32,000 nucleotides of DNA from Candidatus Pelagibacter ubique HTCC1062 (GTDB lineage: Bacteria; Pseudomonadota; Alphaproteobacteria; Pelagibacterales; Pelagibacteraceae): the NCBI RefSeq assembly GCF_000012345.1, contig NC_007205.1:990001-1022000 (forward strand). Direction: 5' to 3'. Every line of letters starts with the position of its first letter. Positions within the stretch are counted from its first letter, which is position 1. Shown here piece after piece: positions 15,891 to 25,501 of this stretch. Under the pieces are notes generated by a model, which did not search any database, had not been told where the DNA came from, and was given only the letters and a program-made list of their open reading frames with translations. Made by a program: the position numbers and the translations under genes.

Positions 15891-17219
15891 ATGAGTACAA
15901 AAAGACAAAACCCTGAGACTATAGCTATACATGGTGGTGATTATAGAAGTGATCCAACAACCAAAGCAGTAGCAGTTCCAATTTATAGAACAACATCGTA
16001 TCAATTTGATAGTACTGAACATGCTGCAAATTTGTTTGCTCTTAAGGAATTTGGAAATATTTATACAAGAATAATGAATCCAACAAATGATGCTCTTGAA
16101 AAAAGAGTTGCTTCATTAGAAGGAGGATTAGCCTGTTTAACAGTAGCATCTGGACAAACCGCATCAACTTTTGCAATTTTAAACGTTGCACAAGCCGGAG
16201 ATAATATAGTCAGCTCTACGGATTTATATGGAGGTACTATTTCGTTATTCACGCATACATTAAGTAAACTTGGTATTGAAGTTAGATATGCAGACCCTTC
16301 TGACCCAAAAAACTTTGAAAAAGCTGTTGATGATAAAACTAGAGCTTTTTATGGTGAGACTTTACCAAATCCTTATTTGAGAGTTTTTCCAATTAAAGAA
16401 GTTTCTGATATTGGTAAAAAATACAATATACCATTAATAATGGACAACACAGCTGCTCCTGTAATTTGCAAACCTTTAGAACATGGTGCTGCTGTAGTAG
16501 TTTATTCATTAACAAAATATATAGGTGGTCACGGTACAGTTGTAGGTGGAGCTTTAGTTGATGGAGGTAATTTTGATTGGACAGCTGATCCCAAAAGACA
16601 ACCTTTATTTAACGAACCTGACGCAAGTTACGGTGGAGCTATATGGGGAAAAGTGGTTCCAGAATTGACTGGGGCTAATGTTTCTTTTGCAGTAAGAGCG
16701 CGGGTTACATTACTAAGAGATCTTGGTTCTGCCCTATCACCTGACAATGCATTTGGAATTATTCAAGGGCTTGAAACAGTTGCTCTTAGAATGAAACAAC
16801 ACTGCTCAAATGCATCAAAAGTTGTTGACTATTTAAAGAAAAATAAAGAAGTAACAAGAGTAATCTATCCAACAGAACATGAAGGTAAAATTGCTGATCG
16901 TGCTAAAAAATACCTTAATGAAGGAAATGGTGGTTTAGTTGGTATCGAGCTCAAAGGTGGTATTGAAGCAGGTAAGAGATTTATCGAGTCTTTAAAAATG
17001 TTTTATCATGTTGCAAATATTGGGGATGCAAGAAGTTTAGCAATTCATCCTGCAACAACAACTCATAGTCAGTTAACAGAAAAAGAATTGTTAGCCTCAG
17101 GTGTAACTCCTGGATACGTAAGATTATGTATTGGTATTGAGCATATAGATGACATTATTGAGGATTTAGACCAAGCTTTAAATAAATCTTCTAAAGGGAA
17201 TTTGAAAGCAGTTAGTTAG
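15891..17219 (+). CDS. metY: O-acetylhomoserine sulfhydrylase (Cys/Met-metabolism PLP enzyme)
   Basis: 442 aa. N-terminus ETIAIHGG and PLP-lysine block VYSLTKYIGGHG. Length and overall pattern match MetY/MetZ-type enzymes. Confidence 0.9.
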   Translation: MSTKRQNPETIAIHGGDYRSDPTTKAVAVPIYRTTSYQFDSTEHAANLFALKEFGNIYTRIMNPTNDALEKRVASLEGGLACLTVASGQTASTFAILNVAQAGDNIVSSTDLYGGTISLFTHTLSKLGIEVRYADPSDPKNFEKAVDDKTRAFYGETLPNPYLRVFPIKEVSDIGKKYNIPLIMDNTAAPVICKPLEHGAAVVVYSLTKYIGGHGTVVGGALVDGGNFDWTADPKRQPLFNEPDASYGGAIWGKVVPELTGANVSFAVRARVTLLRDLGSALSPDNAFGIIQGLETVALRMKQHCSNASKVVDYLKKNKEVTRVIYPTEHEGKIADRAKKYLNEGNGGLVGIELKGGIEAGKRFIESLKMFYHVANIGDARSLAIHPATTTHSQLTEKELLASGVTPGYVRLCIGIEHIDDIIEDLDQALNKSSKGNLKAVS

Positions 17220-18222
17220 AGTTTTTATATAATATCAAAAAATAAGAACTCAAAACTAATATTGAACCTAGCTGGTGTAGTGAAGCATATGTAATCTCTA
17301 CACCAGAAATCAAAGTTATAATTCCTAAAAAAATTTGAAACAAGATAGCAACATCAAAAAATAATACATATTTAAAATCATATTGTTTTTTAAAATAGAT
17401 AAAATTTAAAATGATTATAAAAAAAAGAAGCAAATATGCAGTTGATCTATGCAAAAATTGAATAATTGATGGGTTGTTAAATAATTGAGTAGTAATTAAA
17501 TCACCATAACTAACATCATTTGGAAAAAAACTACCATTCATATCAGGCCATGAATTATAGATGAGACCACCATCTAAACCTGATAAGAAAGCACCCAATA
17601 CAATCTGCAAAACTATCAATTTAAGTATGAATAATAAAAATAAATTTGGAATTTTATTTTCAAATTTTTTAATTTTATGAATATCTAAAATATACCAAAA
17701 AATTAAACATAAAATAAATAAAGCCAAAGATAAATGAATGCTAAGTCTAAAGTGACTAACGTCATTATTTTCAATTAATCCACTAGATACCATATACCAA
17801 CCGATGAACCCCTGAAGACACACAAGGAAAAAAATCCAATAATATTTATTAGAATAATGCAGAGTTTTTTTAAAATAGAGAGTAAAGAAAAGCAAAGGCA
17901 CTAAAGTAAACAAACCTACAAATCTTGCTAACAATCTATGAGCATACTCCCAATAAAAAATAACTTTAAATTCATCTAAGGACATGCCGTAGTTAATATT
18001 TTTATATTCAGGAATTTTTTTGTATTCTGTGAAATAAAAATTCCACTCATTAATATTCATAGGTGGGAGTATTCCAGTAAAAAGCTCCCAAGCTGTGATT
18101 GATAAACCAGAGTCTGTTAATCTAGTAAGACCACCGACAGCTACCATAAGAACAATTAATGAAAATAAAGTTATTAACCACAATTTTAAATATTTTATAT
18201 AGTTGTCGCTATTTACAAACAT
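17212..18222 (-). CDS. ctaA: heme A synthase (COX15/CtaA)
   Basis: 336 aa with 8 hydrophobic helices. Conserved His-containing blocks WEYAHRLLAR and QFLHRSTAY. Its 3' end overlaps the metY 3' end by 8 nt (convergent). Confidence 0.85.
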   Translation of the reverse strand: MFVNSDNYIKYLKLWLITLFSLIVLMVAVGGLTRLTDSGLSITAWELFTGILPPMNINEWNFYFTEYKKIPEYKNINYGMSLDEFKVIFYWEYAHRLLARFVGLFTLVPLLFFTLYFKKTLHYSNKYYWIFFLVCLQGFIGWYMVSSGLIENNDVSHFRLSIHLSLALFILCLIFWYILDIHKIKKFENKIPNLFLLFILKLIVLQIVLGAFLSGLDGGLIYNSWPDMNGSFFPNDVSYGDLITTQLFNNPSIIQFLHRSTAYLLLFFIIILNFIYFKKQYDFKYVLFFDVAILFQIFLGIITLISGVEITYASLHQLGSILVLSSYFLILYKNSN

Positions 18223-18264
18223 AAATTATACTTATAATAATTATCTTAATAACCAATTGAATAA

Positions 18265-18555
18265 ATGTCGCCTACAAATAAAAAAAAACTAAATCAGATT
18301 AGAATTAAGCTTGATAAACTTGATAATGATTTACTTAAATTAATCAAAAAAAGATCTTCATTAGTCAATGAAGTGCTAAAAGTAAAAATCCATAAAAAAG
18401 AAATAATTGATCAAAAAAGGATCAATTTTATACTTAAAAAAATTAAAAAAAAATCAATACAAACTAATATTGACCCAAAAATCACTAATAGAATTTGGAA
18501 AAATATGATTTGGTCTTTTATTGATTACGAAAAAAGAAATTTTAGAAAAAAATAG
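18265..18555 (+). CDS. chorismate mutase (AroQ class, stand-alone)
   Basis: 96 aa. LNQIRIKLDKLDNDLLKLIKKRSSLVNEVLKVK matches the L..lR..ID.iD..ll.Ll..R..l...v...K pattern. Confidence 0.78.
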   Translation: MSPTNKKKLNQIRIKLDKLDNDLLKLIKKRSSLVNEVLKVKIHKKEIIDQKRINFILKKIKKKSIQTNIDPKITNRIWKNMIWSFIDYEKRNFRKK

Positions 18556-18557
18556 TA

Positions 18558-18749
18558 CTATTTACTGTGTGGAGGTAATTTTTTTTCCACAAACATTTCA
18601 TGTTTTCTTGTAGAAGGGTTATATTTCTTTGCAGACAATTTAACTTTAGCTTTTTCACCACCCGCAGGTTTTTTAACATAATAAAAAAAAGGACTATCAG
18701 GTTTAGCCTCTGGTACTAATCTAACTTTAACGTGCGTTTTTTTTGCCAT
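18558..18749 (-). CDS. rpmG: 50S ribosomal protein L33
   Basis: 63 aa. MAKK...VKVRLV...YYVKK...KLSAKKYNPSTRKHEMFVEKKL parallels alphaproteobacterial L33. Confidence 0.82.
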   Translation of the reverse strand: MAKKTHVKVRLVPEAKPDSPFFYYVKKPAGGEKAKVKLSAKKYNPSTRKHEMFVEKKLPPHSK

Positions 18750-18750
18750 T

Positions 18751-19128
18751 TTATTTTAAACTTTTTATTTTTTTTATTAAATCAGAAATCTTCTTAAGTT
18801 TATTTTTTAAATTATAATCAGCATTTATAGAATTATTTGGTAATTCGTCAAGTTTTAATGATTTATCAGAATTAAAAACTTTTTTAACACCAATAATTGT
18901 CATTCCTTGATCTTTCAGTAGATATTTAACTTTTTTTAAAACCTCAATAGTATCATTATTATAATATCTTCTATTACCATTTAAAATTTTTGGCTTAATT
19001 TGCTTAAATTCCTTCTCCCAAAATCGAATAGTATGAGTATTCAAGGTTCCTTTTTTTTTGTTTACAAGACCAAGAATTTTAGCAACCTCACCTATTGACT
19101 TATAAGCATCACTATTTTTATGAATCAT
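18751..19128 (-). CDS. MerR-family transcriptional regulator
   Basis: 125 aa. N-terminal HTH SIGEVAKILGL...HTIRFWEKEF and ...GNRRYYNNDTIEVLKKVKYLL. It sits downstream of ihfA, as in many alphaproteobacteria. Confidence 0.8.
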   Translation of the reverse strand: MIHKNSDAYKSIGEVAKILGLVNKKKGTLNTHTIRFWEKEFKQIKPKILNGNRRYYNNDTIEVLKKVKYLLKDQGMTIIGVKKVFNSDKSLKLDELPNNSINADYNLKNKLKKISDLIKKIKSLK

Positions 19129-19426
19129 TCTTAGAATTTACCAAATCTTTAAATTCCTTAGAAGCTTTAAATAAAACAACATCTCTATTAGATATAGTTG
19201 TTTGTTCTTTTGTTTTGGGATTTCGTCCAATTCTACTTTTTTTTGCTCTTATAGAAAAAGTACCAAATTTAGAGAGCTTTAATTTTTTTTCTATTTTTAA
19301 ATTGTCTACTATTGTAATTAGAAAATCGTCAATTAAATTTTCAGATATATTTTTTGAAAAACCAATTTGCATATAAATTGAATTTATAAGATCTTTTTTT
19401 GTTAAGTTTGTTCTTTGCATTAACAT
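19118..19426 (-). CDS. ihfA: integration host factor subunit alpha
   Basis: LTKKDLINSIY...FGTFSIRAKKSRIGRNPKTKEQTTISNRDVVLFKASKEFK is the HU/IHF fold with the beta-arm. An alternative ATG at 19420 overlaps the plsX stop as TAATG. Confidence 0.88.
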   Translation of the reverse strand: MLMQRTNLTKKDLINSIYMQIGFSKNISENLIDDFLITIVDNLKIEKKLKLSKFGTFSIRAKKSRIGRNPKTKEQTTISNRDVVLFKASKEFKDLVNSKNDS

Positions 19427-20421
19427 ATGTTGTTTCTTATCTTTTCTATTAAATTTCCAGTGACAATTCTAGTACAAACACTTAATGAGTTTGAAAAACC
19501 TATATAATCTGTTCCACCATGGCTTTTAATAACAGGAGAATCTAAACCTATGAAAATTGCACCATTATAAAGTCTTGGATCTAATCTTTCTTTAAATTTT
19601 TTTAAATTTGAAATATTTAGTAAAGATGAAATTTTACCAACAATATTACCTGTCATGGCTTTCTTTAATTCACTGGTAATAAAATTTGCAGTACCTTCGG
19701 CTGTCTTCAAAGCAATATTCCCAGTAAATCCATCTGCAACGATAACATTTACATCGCCATTCATTAACTGATTACCTTCTATATAACCCTTAAACTCAAA
19801 GTCAGTGTTATTTCTTTGATTTAATTGTTGGTAAGTTTCTTTGATAGTCTCATTACCTTTAATTTCTTCAGACCCTATATTTAATAAAGCAACTTTAGCG
19901 GTATCATCAGGATATAACGATTTAAATAACGAAGATCCCATTATAGAAAAATCAATTAAATTTTTTGGACTACATTCGATATTAGCTCCTAAATCTAACA
20001 CTACACTCATATTCTTTTTATTTGGCCATAAAGCAGAAAGAGCTGGTTTATCAATGTTTTCAATCATCTTTAGATTAAGTTTTGAAATAACAAGTAATGC
20101 TCCAGTGTTACCGGCAGAAATAACTATGTCAGATTTTTTTTCTTTAACACTTTGTATGGCTAACCACATACTAGTATTTTTTCCTCTTTTAGCTCCTTCT
20201 AAAGGACTATCAGTTCCTTTAACCAAATCTTTGGTGTGAATTATTTCAAATGAAGATGTGGGTAATTGATTGATATAATTTTGGATTTTTTCCTTATCAC
20301 CAAAAATTTGATAAAAAGTATTAGTGTTACTTTTATAATGATGATTAATTCCATCAATAATTTTTTTTGGTGAATTATCTCCACCCATTGCATCAACTGC
20401 AATTTTTATTATTTTGCTCAT
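19420..20421 (-). CDS. plsX: phosphate acyltransferase PlsX
   Basis: 333 aa. N-terminal IAVDAMGGDNSP and the blocks ISAGNTGA and VADGFTGNIALKT. Confidence 0.93.
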   Translation of the reverse strand: MSKIIKIAVDAMGGDNSPKKIIDGINHHYKSNTNTFYQIFGDKEKIQNYINQLPTSSFEIIHTKDLVKGTDSPLEGAKRGKNTSMWLAIQSVKEKKSDIVISAGNTGALLVISKLNLKMIENIDKPALSALWPNKKNMSVVLDLGANIECSPKNLIDFSIMGSSLFKSLYPDDTAKVALLNIGSEEIKGNETIKETYQQLNQRNNTDFEFKGYIEGNQLMNGDVNVIVADGFTGNIALKTAEGTANFITSELKKAMTGNIVGKISSLLNISNLKKFKERLDPRLYNGAIFIGLDSPVIKSHGGTDYIGFSNSLSVCTRIVTGNLIEKIRNNIC

Positions 20422-20435
20422 TTAATTTTGGACTT

Positions 20436-20618
20436 TTATTCCTTAGGATCTAAAACTTGTCTACCTCTATACATACCTGTTTTTAGATCTAAGTGATGAG
20501 GCAATCTGTATTCTCCAGATTTCTTGTCCTCAACAATATTGGTAGATTTGAACTTCATATTCTGAGCTCTTCTCATTCCAGTTCTTGACGGTGATTGTTT
20601 TCGTTTAGGTACAGCCAT
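20436..20618 (-). CDS. rpmF: 50S ribosomal protein L32
   Basis: 60 aa. [19 protein letters not shown] is the canonical L32 N-terminus. Confidence 0.92.
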
Positions 20619-20625
20619 AATAAAA

Positions 20626-21093
20626 TTAGTGCTTAACTACACCTTTTATATAAGAATTTAAAGTATTATTTTTTAAATTTAACCTATAATTTTCAAAATA
20701 ATTAACCAAATACTCAATATTAGATGAATTATCTAAAAAATTTACCAAAATAGAGTTTCTAGATTCTATATCTAATTCATCCCAACTGTGAATTTTGTCG
20801 ATCATTCCATAGAATAAGTTTAGGTAATCTTTCATTTTTTTATTAATTGATTGATCACCATAACCAATTTCCCTGATGCTTAATTCAACTTGTCTGAAGG
20901 TAAAATCATAAATCTCTTGTAGTATTTTTTTATCATTATTTTCCTTATAAACTTTCAAAAAGAAAGCAAAATGAAGTAAAAAGAATATTAATCTATCAGA
21001 AAAAGTGTCTTGGTTTTTAAAATCTTTATACAAATCTTTATTTCTAGTTAATTGAACTAAATTGTTGTAAATATTTATATAGTTTTTATCCAT
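20626..21093 (-). CDS. ubiquinol-cytochrome c chaperone-domain protein (conserved alphaproteobacterial neighbour of rpmF/plsX)
   Basis: 155 aa. The pattern [18 protein letters not shown] ... [31 protein letters not shown] resembles the Ubiq_cyt_C_chap domain. The synteny with bamE and rpmF is typical. Confidence 0.55.
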
Positions 21094-21556
21094 GAGAAAA
21101 TTATTTGTATTTATTATAATATCATTATTTATTTCAGCTTGTACTTTAAAAAAAGTTGAAAAACACCACGGTGTTCATTTTTTAAATAAAAAACAAGAAA
21201 AACTTACTGTTAATCAGTCAAATAAAAACGATATTTTAAAATTATTAGGTTCACCATCAACTAAAAGTACTTTTGACAATGATTTATGGATTTATATTGA
21301 AAGAAAAACAGATAATTCATCTCTTGCAAAATTTGGCAGTGAAAGAATTATTGTAAACAATGTTCTATTATTAGAAATCAACAGTATGGGTCTTCTAGAA
21401 ACTAAAGAGTTTCTAGATCTCACTAATATGCAAGAATTGAAATTTGCAGAACAAACCACTGAAAATCAATACAAGAAAAACACATTTGTATATGACTTTC
21501 TATCCAGTATGAGACAGAAAATTAACGACCCCTTAGGTAAAAGAAAAAGAAATTAA
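21092..21556 (+). CDS. bamE: outer membrane protein assembly factor BamE (SmpA/OmlA lipoprotein)
   Basis: 154 aa. Lipobox LFISAC, then GV....KQEKLTVNQSNKNDILKLLGSPSTKSTFDNDLWIYI, which is typical of the SmpA/OmlA domain. Confidence 0.7.
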   Translation: MRKLFVFIIISLFISACTLKKVEKHHGVHFLNKKQEKLTVNQSNKNDILKLLGSPSTKSTFDNDLWIYIERKTDNSSLAKFGSERIIVNNVLLLEINSMGLLETKEFLDLTNMQELKFAEQTTENQYKKNTFVYDFLSSMRQKINDPLGKRKRN

Positions 21557-21563
21557 TCTTTTC

Positions 21564-23669
21564 TTAGCCAGCAATTACAGCTAACAATAATAAAGCTACA
21601 ATATTAGTAATCTTAATCATTGGGTTTACAGCAGGACCAGCAGTATCTTTGTACGGGTCTCCAACAGTGTCACCAGTTACAGCAGCTTTGTGTGCTTCAG
21701 AACCTTTTCCACCGTGATTTCCGTCTTCAATATACTTTTTTGCATTATCCCAAGCACCACCACCTGCAGTCATTGAAACAGCTACAAATAAACCTGTAAT
21801 AATTACACCTAACAACATTGCACCTACTGCAGCTAAAGCAGCAACTTGACCACCTATAGCTAGTATTACAAAGTATAAAACAATAGGAGAAAGAACTGGC
21901 AATAATGAAGGTATAATCATTTCTCTAATTGCAGCTAAAGTTAATAAATCTACTAATTTAGCATAATCAGGTTTTTGTTTACCCTTCATGATACCTGGAT
22001 ATTTTTTAAATTGTCTTCTTACTTCGACAACCACTGCACCACCTGCTCTACCAACGGCTTGCATACCCATTGATCCAAATAAATATGGAAGCATTCCACC
22101 AATTAATAACCCAACTACAACGTAAGGATTTGATAAATCAAAAGTTACAACAATTCCTTCAAGCTTTGAACCTGCTACACCTGAAAAGTGTTTGATATCC
22201 TCAACATAAGCTGCAAATAATACTAGAGCACCTAAACCTGCTGAACCTATAGCATAACCTTTAGTAACAGCTTTAGTCGTATTACCTACTGCATCTAATG
22301 CATCGGTAGTTTTTCTAACACTATTTGGTAATTTAGCCATTTCAGCAATACCGCCAGCATTATCTGTTACAGGACCATAAGCATCAAGAGCAACAACCAT
22401 ACCTGCTAATGCAAGCATTGTAGTTACTGAAATAGCGATACCATAAAGACCAGCGATTGAATTTGTTGCTAATATACCGGCAACAATAATTAAAGCTGGT
22501 ACAGCAGTGGCTTCCATAGAAACAGCTAAGCCTTGGATAACGTTTGTTCCATGACCAGTTGTAGAAGATTTAGCAATACTTCTTACTGGTCTGTATTCAG
22601 TACCAGTGTAGTATTCAGTAATCCAAATTAATAGTCCAGTAATAACTAAACCAATTATTCCACAGTAATACAAACTCATACCAGTAAAACTTTTACTATT
22701 AACAGTATATTCGCTTGCAAATCCGATTACATAATCAGTAACAGGGTATAAAATTATTAATGAAGAAACAGCAGAAACTACAAATCCTTTATATAAAGCG
22801 TTCATAACATTTTTACTTTTTCCAAGTTTAACAAAGAAAGTTCCTAAGATTGATGTTAAAATACAAGCCCCACCAATAGTTAGAGGATAGATCATCATAT
22901 TTATATCACCATAGAAAAATATCGAAGAAAGAACCATTGTTGCAACAATTGTTACAGCGTAAGTTTCAAATAAGTCTGCTGCCATACCAGCACAATCACC
23001 AACGTTATCTCCAACATTGTCAGCAATTACAGCTGGATTTCTAGGATCATCTTCTGGAATACCTGCTTCAACTTTACCAACTAAGTCAGCACCAACATCA
23101 GCACCTTTTGTAAAAATTCCACCACCTAATCTTGCAAAAATTGATATTAAAGAAGCACCAAAACCTAATGCTACTAATGCATTAATAACTTCTCTGTCAT
23201 CAATGCCTGCTTTTAATAAAAAATAGTAATAAACTGCGATTGCAAGTAAAGCTAATCCAGCAACTAACATTCCAGTTACAGCACCTGATTTAAATGCAAC
23301 TGCAAGACCACTTGCTAAACCTTTTCTTGATGCTTCAGCAGTTCTAACGTTAGCTTGAACAGAAACTAACATTCCAACATAACCAGCTATACCTGATAAT
23401 GTAGCACCAATAAAATAACCTAAACCAACTAATGGACTGAACACAAAGAAAATAATGACTAAAACAACAACTCCAACCACGGCAATTGTTTTATATTGTC
23501 TTGCTAAATAAGCCTTAGCACCAATTTGAATTGCTGATGCTATTTCTTGCATCTTGGCATTTCCTGCACTTGAGTTAAGGATATTCATGCCTGTAAAAAA
23601 ACCATAAACGATTGAAAGAGATCCAGCTGCTATGGTAAATAATAATATTGTTTCTATTAGTGAGTTCAT
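21564..23669 (-). CDS. hppA: membrane-bound proton-translocating pyrophosphatase, K+-independent type
   Basis: 701 aa with many TM helices. Motifs [21 protein letters not shown] and [20 protein letters not shown] (Lys rather than Ala) is the published marker of K+-independent H+-PPases. Confidence 0.95.
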   Translation of the reverse strand: MNSLIETILLFTIAAGSLSIVYGFFTGMNILNSSAGNAKMQEIASAIQIGAKAYLARQYKTIAVVGVVVLVIIFFVFSPLVGLGYFIGATLSGIAGYVGMLVSVQANVRTAEASRKGLASGLAVAFKSGAVTGMLVAGLALLAIAVYYYFLLKAGIDDREVINALVALGFGASLISIFARLGGGIFTKGADVGADLVGKVEAGIPEDDPRNPAVIADNVGDNVGDCAGMAADLFETYAVTIVATMVLSSIFFYGDINMMIYPLTIGGACILTSILGTFFVKLGKSKNVMNALYKGFVVSAVSSLIILYPVTDYVIGFASEYTVNSKSFTGMSLYYCGIIGLVITGLLIWITEYYTGTEYRPVRSIAKSSTTGHGTNVIQGLAVSMEATAVPALIIVAGILATNSIAGLYGIAISVTTMLALAGMVVALDAYGPVTDNAGGIAEMAKLPNSVRKTTDALDAVGNTTKAVTKGYAIGSAGLGALVLFAAYVEDIKHFSGVAGSKLEGIVVTFDLSNPYVVVGLLIGGMLPYLFGSMGMQAVGRAGGAVVVEVRRQFKKYPGIMKGKQKPDYAKLVDLLTLAAIREMIIPSLLPVLSPIVLYFVILAIGGQVAALAAVGAMLLGVIITGLFVAVSMTAGGGAWDNAKKYIEDGNHGGKGSEAHKAAVTGDTVGDPYKDTAGPAVNPMIKITNIVALLLLAVIAG

Positions 23670-23755
23670 TTTGCCTTTGGTTGTTTGGTTGTTAAATTTT
23701 ATTCTTTAAAGTCCGGACAATACAAAAAAAGCAATAAAAGGCAATATTTAACTTT

Positions 23756-24715
23756 TTAAAACTTATGAAAATAACCTTTATTTTTAAGGGTAATTTGCCG
23801 ATTTTCAACATCTACAATGGATGATTTTTTAACATGGCTTTGAATTGTGCCAATTTTAGTTAGCTTAACTCTGCAATTAGTAGCTATTTTTCTTATGATT
23901 CTCATCTTATTTTTAGAAGCTGTAAATAAGACCTGATAATCATCACCATTAGAAATGTAATTAATCTTAGATAGTTTTTTAAGAGCAAGTATCTTCTTTA
24001 GGTTACTTGAAATTGGAATATCTTTTAAAAAAATTTTATAAGATAATTTCTGATTATTAATCATTTTAACAAGGTCCGCTATAAGTCCATCAGATATATC
24101 AATTGAGGTATTGGCAAACTTTTTAATTTGATCAATTAATTTTAATTGAATATTTGGCATAAAATATTGATTAGTAAAATATTTTTTTAATCTTGAATTA
24201 AGCTTAATTTTATTTTTTAAAACTAATAGCCCTAAATAGCTGTCTCCTATATTTCCAGAGACATATACATCATCATAAAGTTTAGCTTTGTTTCTATAGA
24301 TAATATTATCGGCAAAACCTATTGAAGTAATTGTAAAACTTAACTTGTTAGAAAAAACTGTATCTCCACCACTTAAAAATATTTTATATTTATTTTGTTC
24401 TTGATTAAGTGATTTGCTGATTTTTGATAAATTTAATTTAGAAAAACTTTTTTTATTACCAGAACCAGAAATAAAATAATATTTTGGTTTAATACCTTTG
24501 CATATTAAATCTGAAATTGATGATCTAATTATTTTTTTAATGACAAGATCAGGTCTTTTAAAGTCTATGAAATGATTGCCTTCTGTATAAGTATCAACAG
24601 ATACTGCTAATTTATTTTTTTTATCAAAAAAAACATCATCATTCAAATTTAAGGCACTTGGTGATTTTTTAGAAAGTTTTTGAAAATAATTTTTTATTAA
24701 TTCAAATTCATGCAT
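23756..24715 (-). CDS. thiL: thiamine-monophosphate kinase
   Basis: 319 aa. The N-terminus HEFELIKNYF...LNDDVFF...AVSVDTYTEGNHF matches the ThiL/AIR-synthase-related fold. It lies downstream of nusB, as is usual. Confidence 0.82.
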   Translation of the reverse strand: MHEFELIKNYFQKLSKKSPSALNLNDDVFFDKKNKLAVSVDTYTEGNHFIDFKRPDLVIKKIIRSSISDLICKGIKPKYYFISGSGNKKSFSKLNLSKISKSLNQEQNKYKIFLSGGDTVFSNKLSFTITSIGFADNIIYRNKAKLYDDVYVSGNIGDSYLGLLVLKNKIKLNSRLKKYFTNQYFMPNIQLKLIDQIKKFANTSIDISDGLIADLVKMINNQKLSYKIFLKDIPISSNLKKILALKKLSKINYISNGDDYQVLFTASKNKMRIIRKIATNCRVKLTKIGTIQSHVKKSSIVDVENRQITLKNKGYFHKF

Positions 24716-25112
24716 TAGTGGTTCTTATTTTTTTAGCTATTTTGTCTAATATTGCATTTAAATATTTAGTTTGACCATCTTCTAAAAAAAAGTTTGATGC
24801 ATCAAGATATTCTTTAATAATTATTTTAGAAGAAACTTTAGGTTTGTATAAAAACTCAAATATAGCAGATTTTACTATCACTTGAAAAACCTGGTCTAAA
24901 TTAGTTAACTCTAAGTCCTCACTTAGATATTTTTTAACCTCTTCTTTAATAACTTCATCTCTTTCAATAGTACCTAAAACAACATCCTTAATGAATTTTT
25001 TAAATCTATGTTTGGGAAAAGTTAAGTCTGTGTCATCATTAAAAAAATTTCCATATAATTTTTGGATAATAATTACCCTCGGACTTTGATTGGGATTATA
25101 TGGAGTTCTCAT
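24708..25112 (-). CDS. nusB: transcription antitermination factor NusB
   Basis: 134 aa. All-helical NusB-like pattern (RVIIIQKLYG ... LDKIAKK). Canonical position between ribH and thiL. Confidence 0.78.
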   Translation of the reverse strand: MRTPYNPNQSPRVIIIQKLYGNFFNDDTDLTFPKHRFKKFIKDVVLGTIERDEVIKEEVKKYLSEDLELTNLDQVFQVIVKSAIFEFLYKPKVSSKIIIKEYLDASNFFLEDGQTKYLNAILDKIAKKIRTTNA

Positions 25113-25114
25113 TG

Positions 25115-25501
25115 TTATTGAGAAAGAACAGATATTACAGCTTGAGCTGCTTCTCTACCCTTTTTCTTCCTAGCTATAGCTTGACGCATATTAAGACAGG
25201 TAATAATTCCATTACCAATGGGTTTTTTGCTATCTACAGAAAGTTTCATTATTGCATCAGTTGAAGAATGAGAAATAAAATCAAAATGAGGTGTTTGGCC
25301 TTTAATAACACAACCAAGAGCTAAAAAAGCATCGTATTTCTTAATATTCTTTGAAATCGTAACTGGTATTTCAAAAACACCAGGAACATTAATAATTTTT
25401 ATTAAACTAGATTTAGGTAATATGCTCTTTGCACTACTTAGTAAACCCTTTGATATATCTTTATAATAATCAGCAATAACTATTAGATATTTTCTTTTCA
25501 T
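25115..25501 (-). CDS. ribH: 6,7-dimethyl-8-ribityllumazine synthase
   Basis: 128 aa. VPGVFEIP, ALGCVIKGQTPHFDFI and GNGIIT blocks. Confidence 0.9.
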   Translation of the reverse strand: MKRKYLIVIADYYKDISKGLLSSAKSILPKSSLIKIINVPGVFEIPVTISKNIKKYDAFLALGCVIKGQTPHFDFISHSSTDAIMKLSVDSKKPIGNGIITCLNMRQAIARKKKGREAAQAVISVLSQ

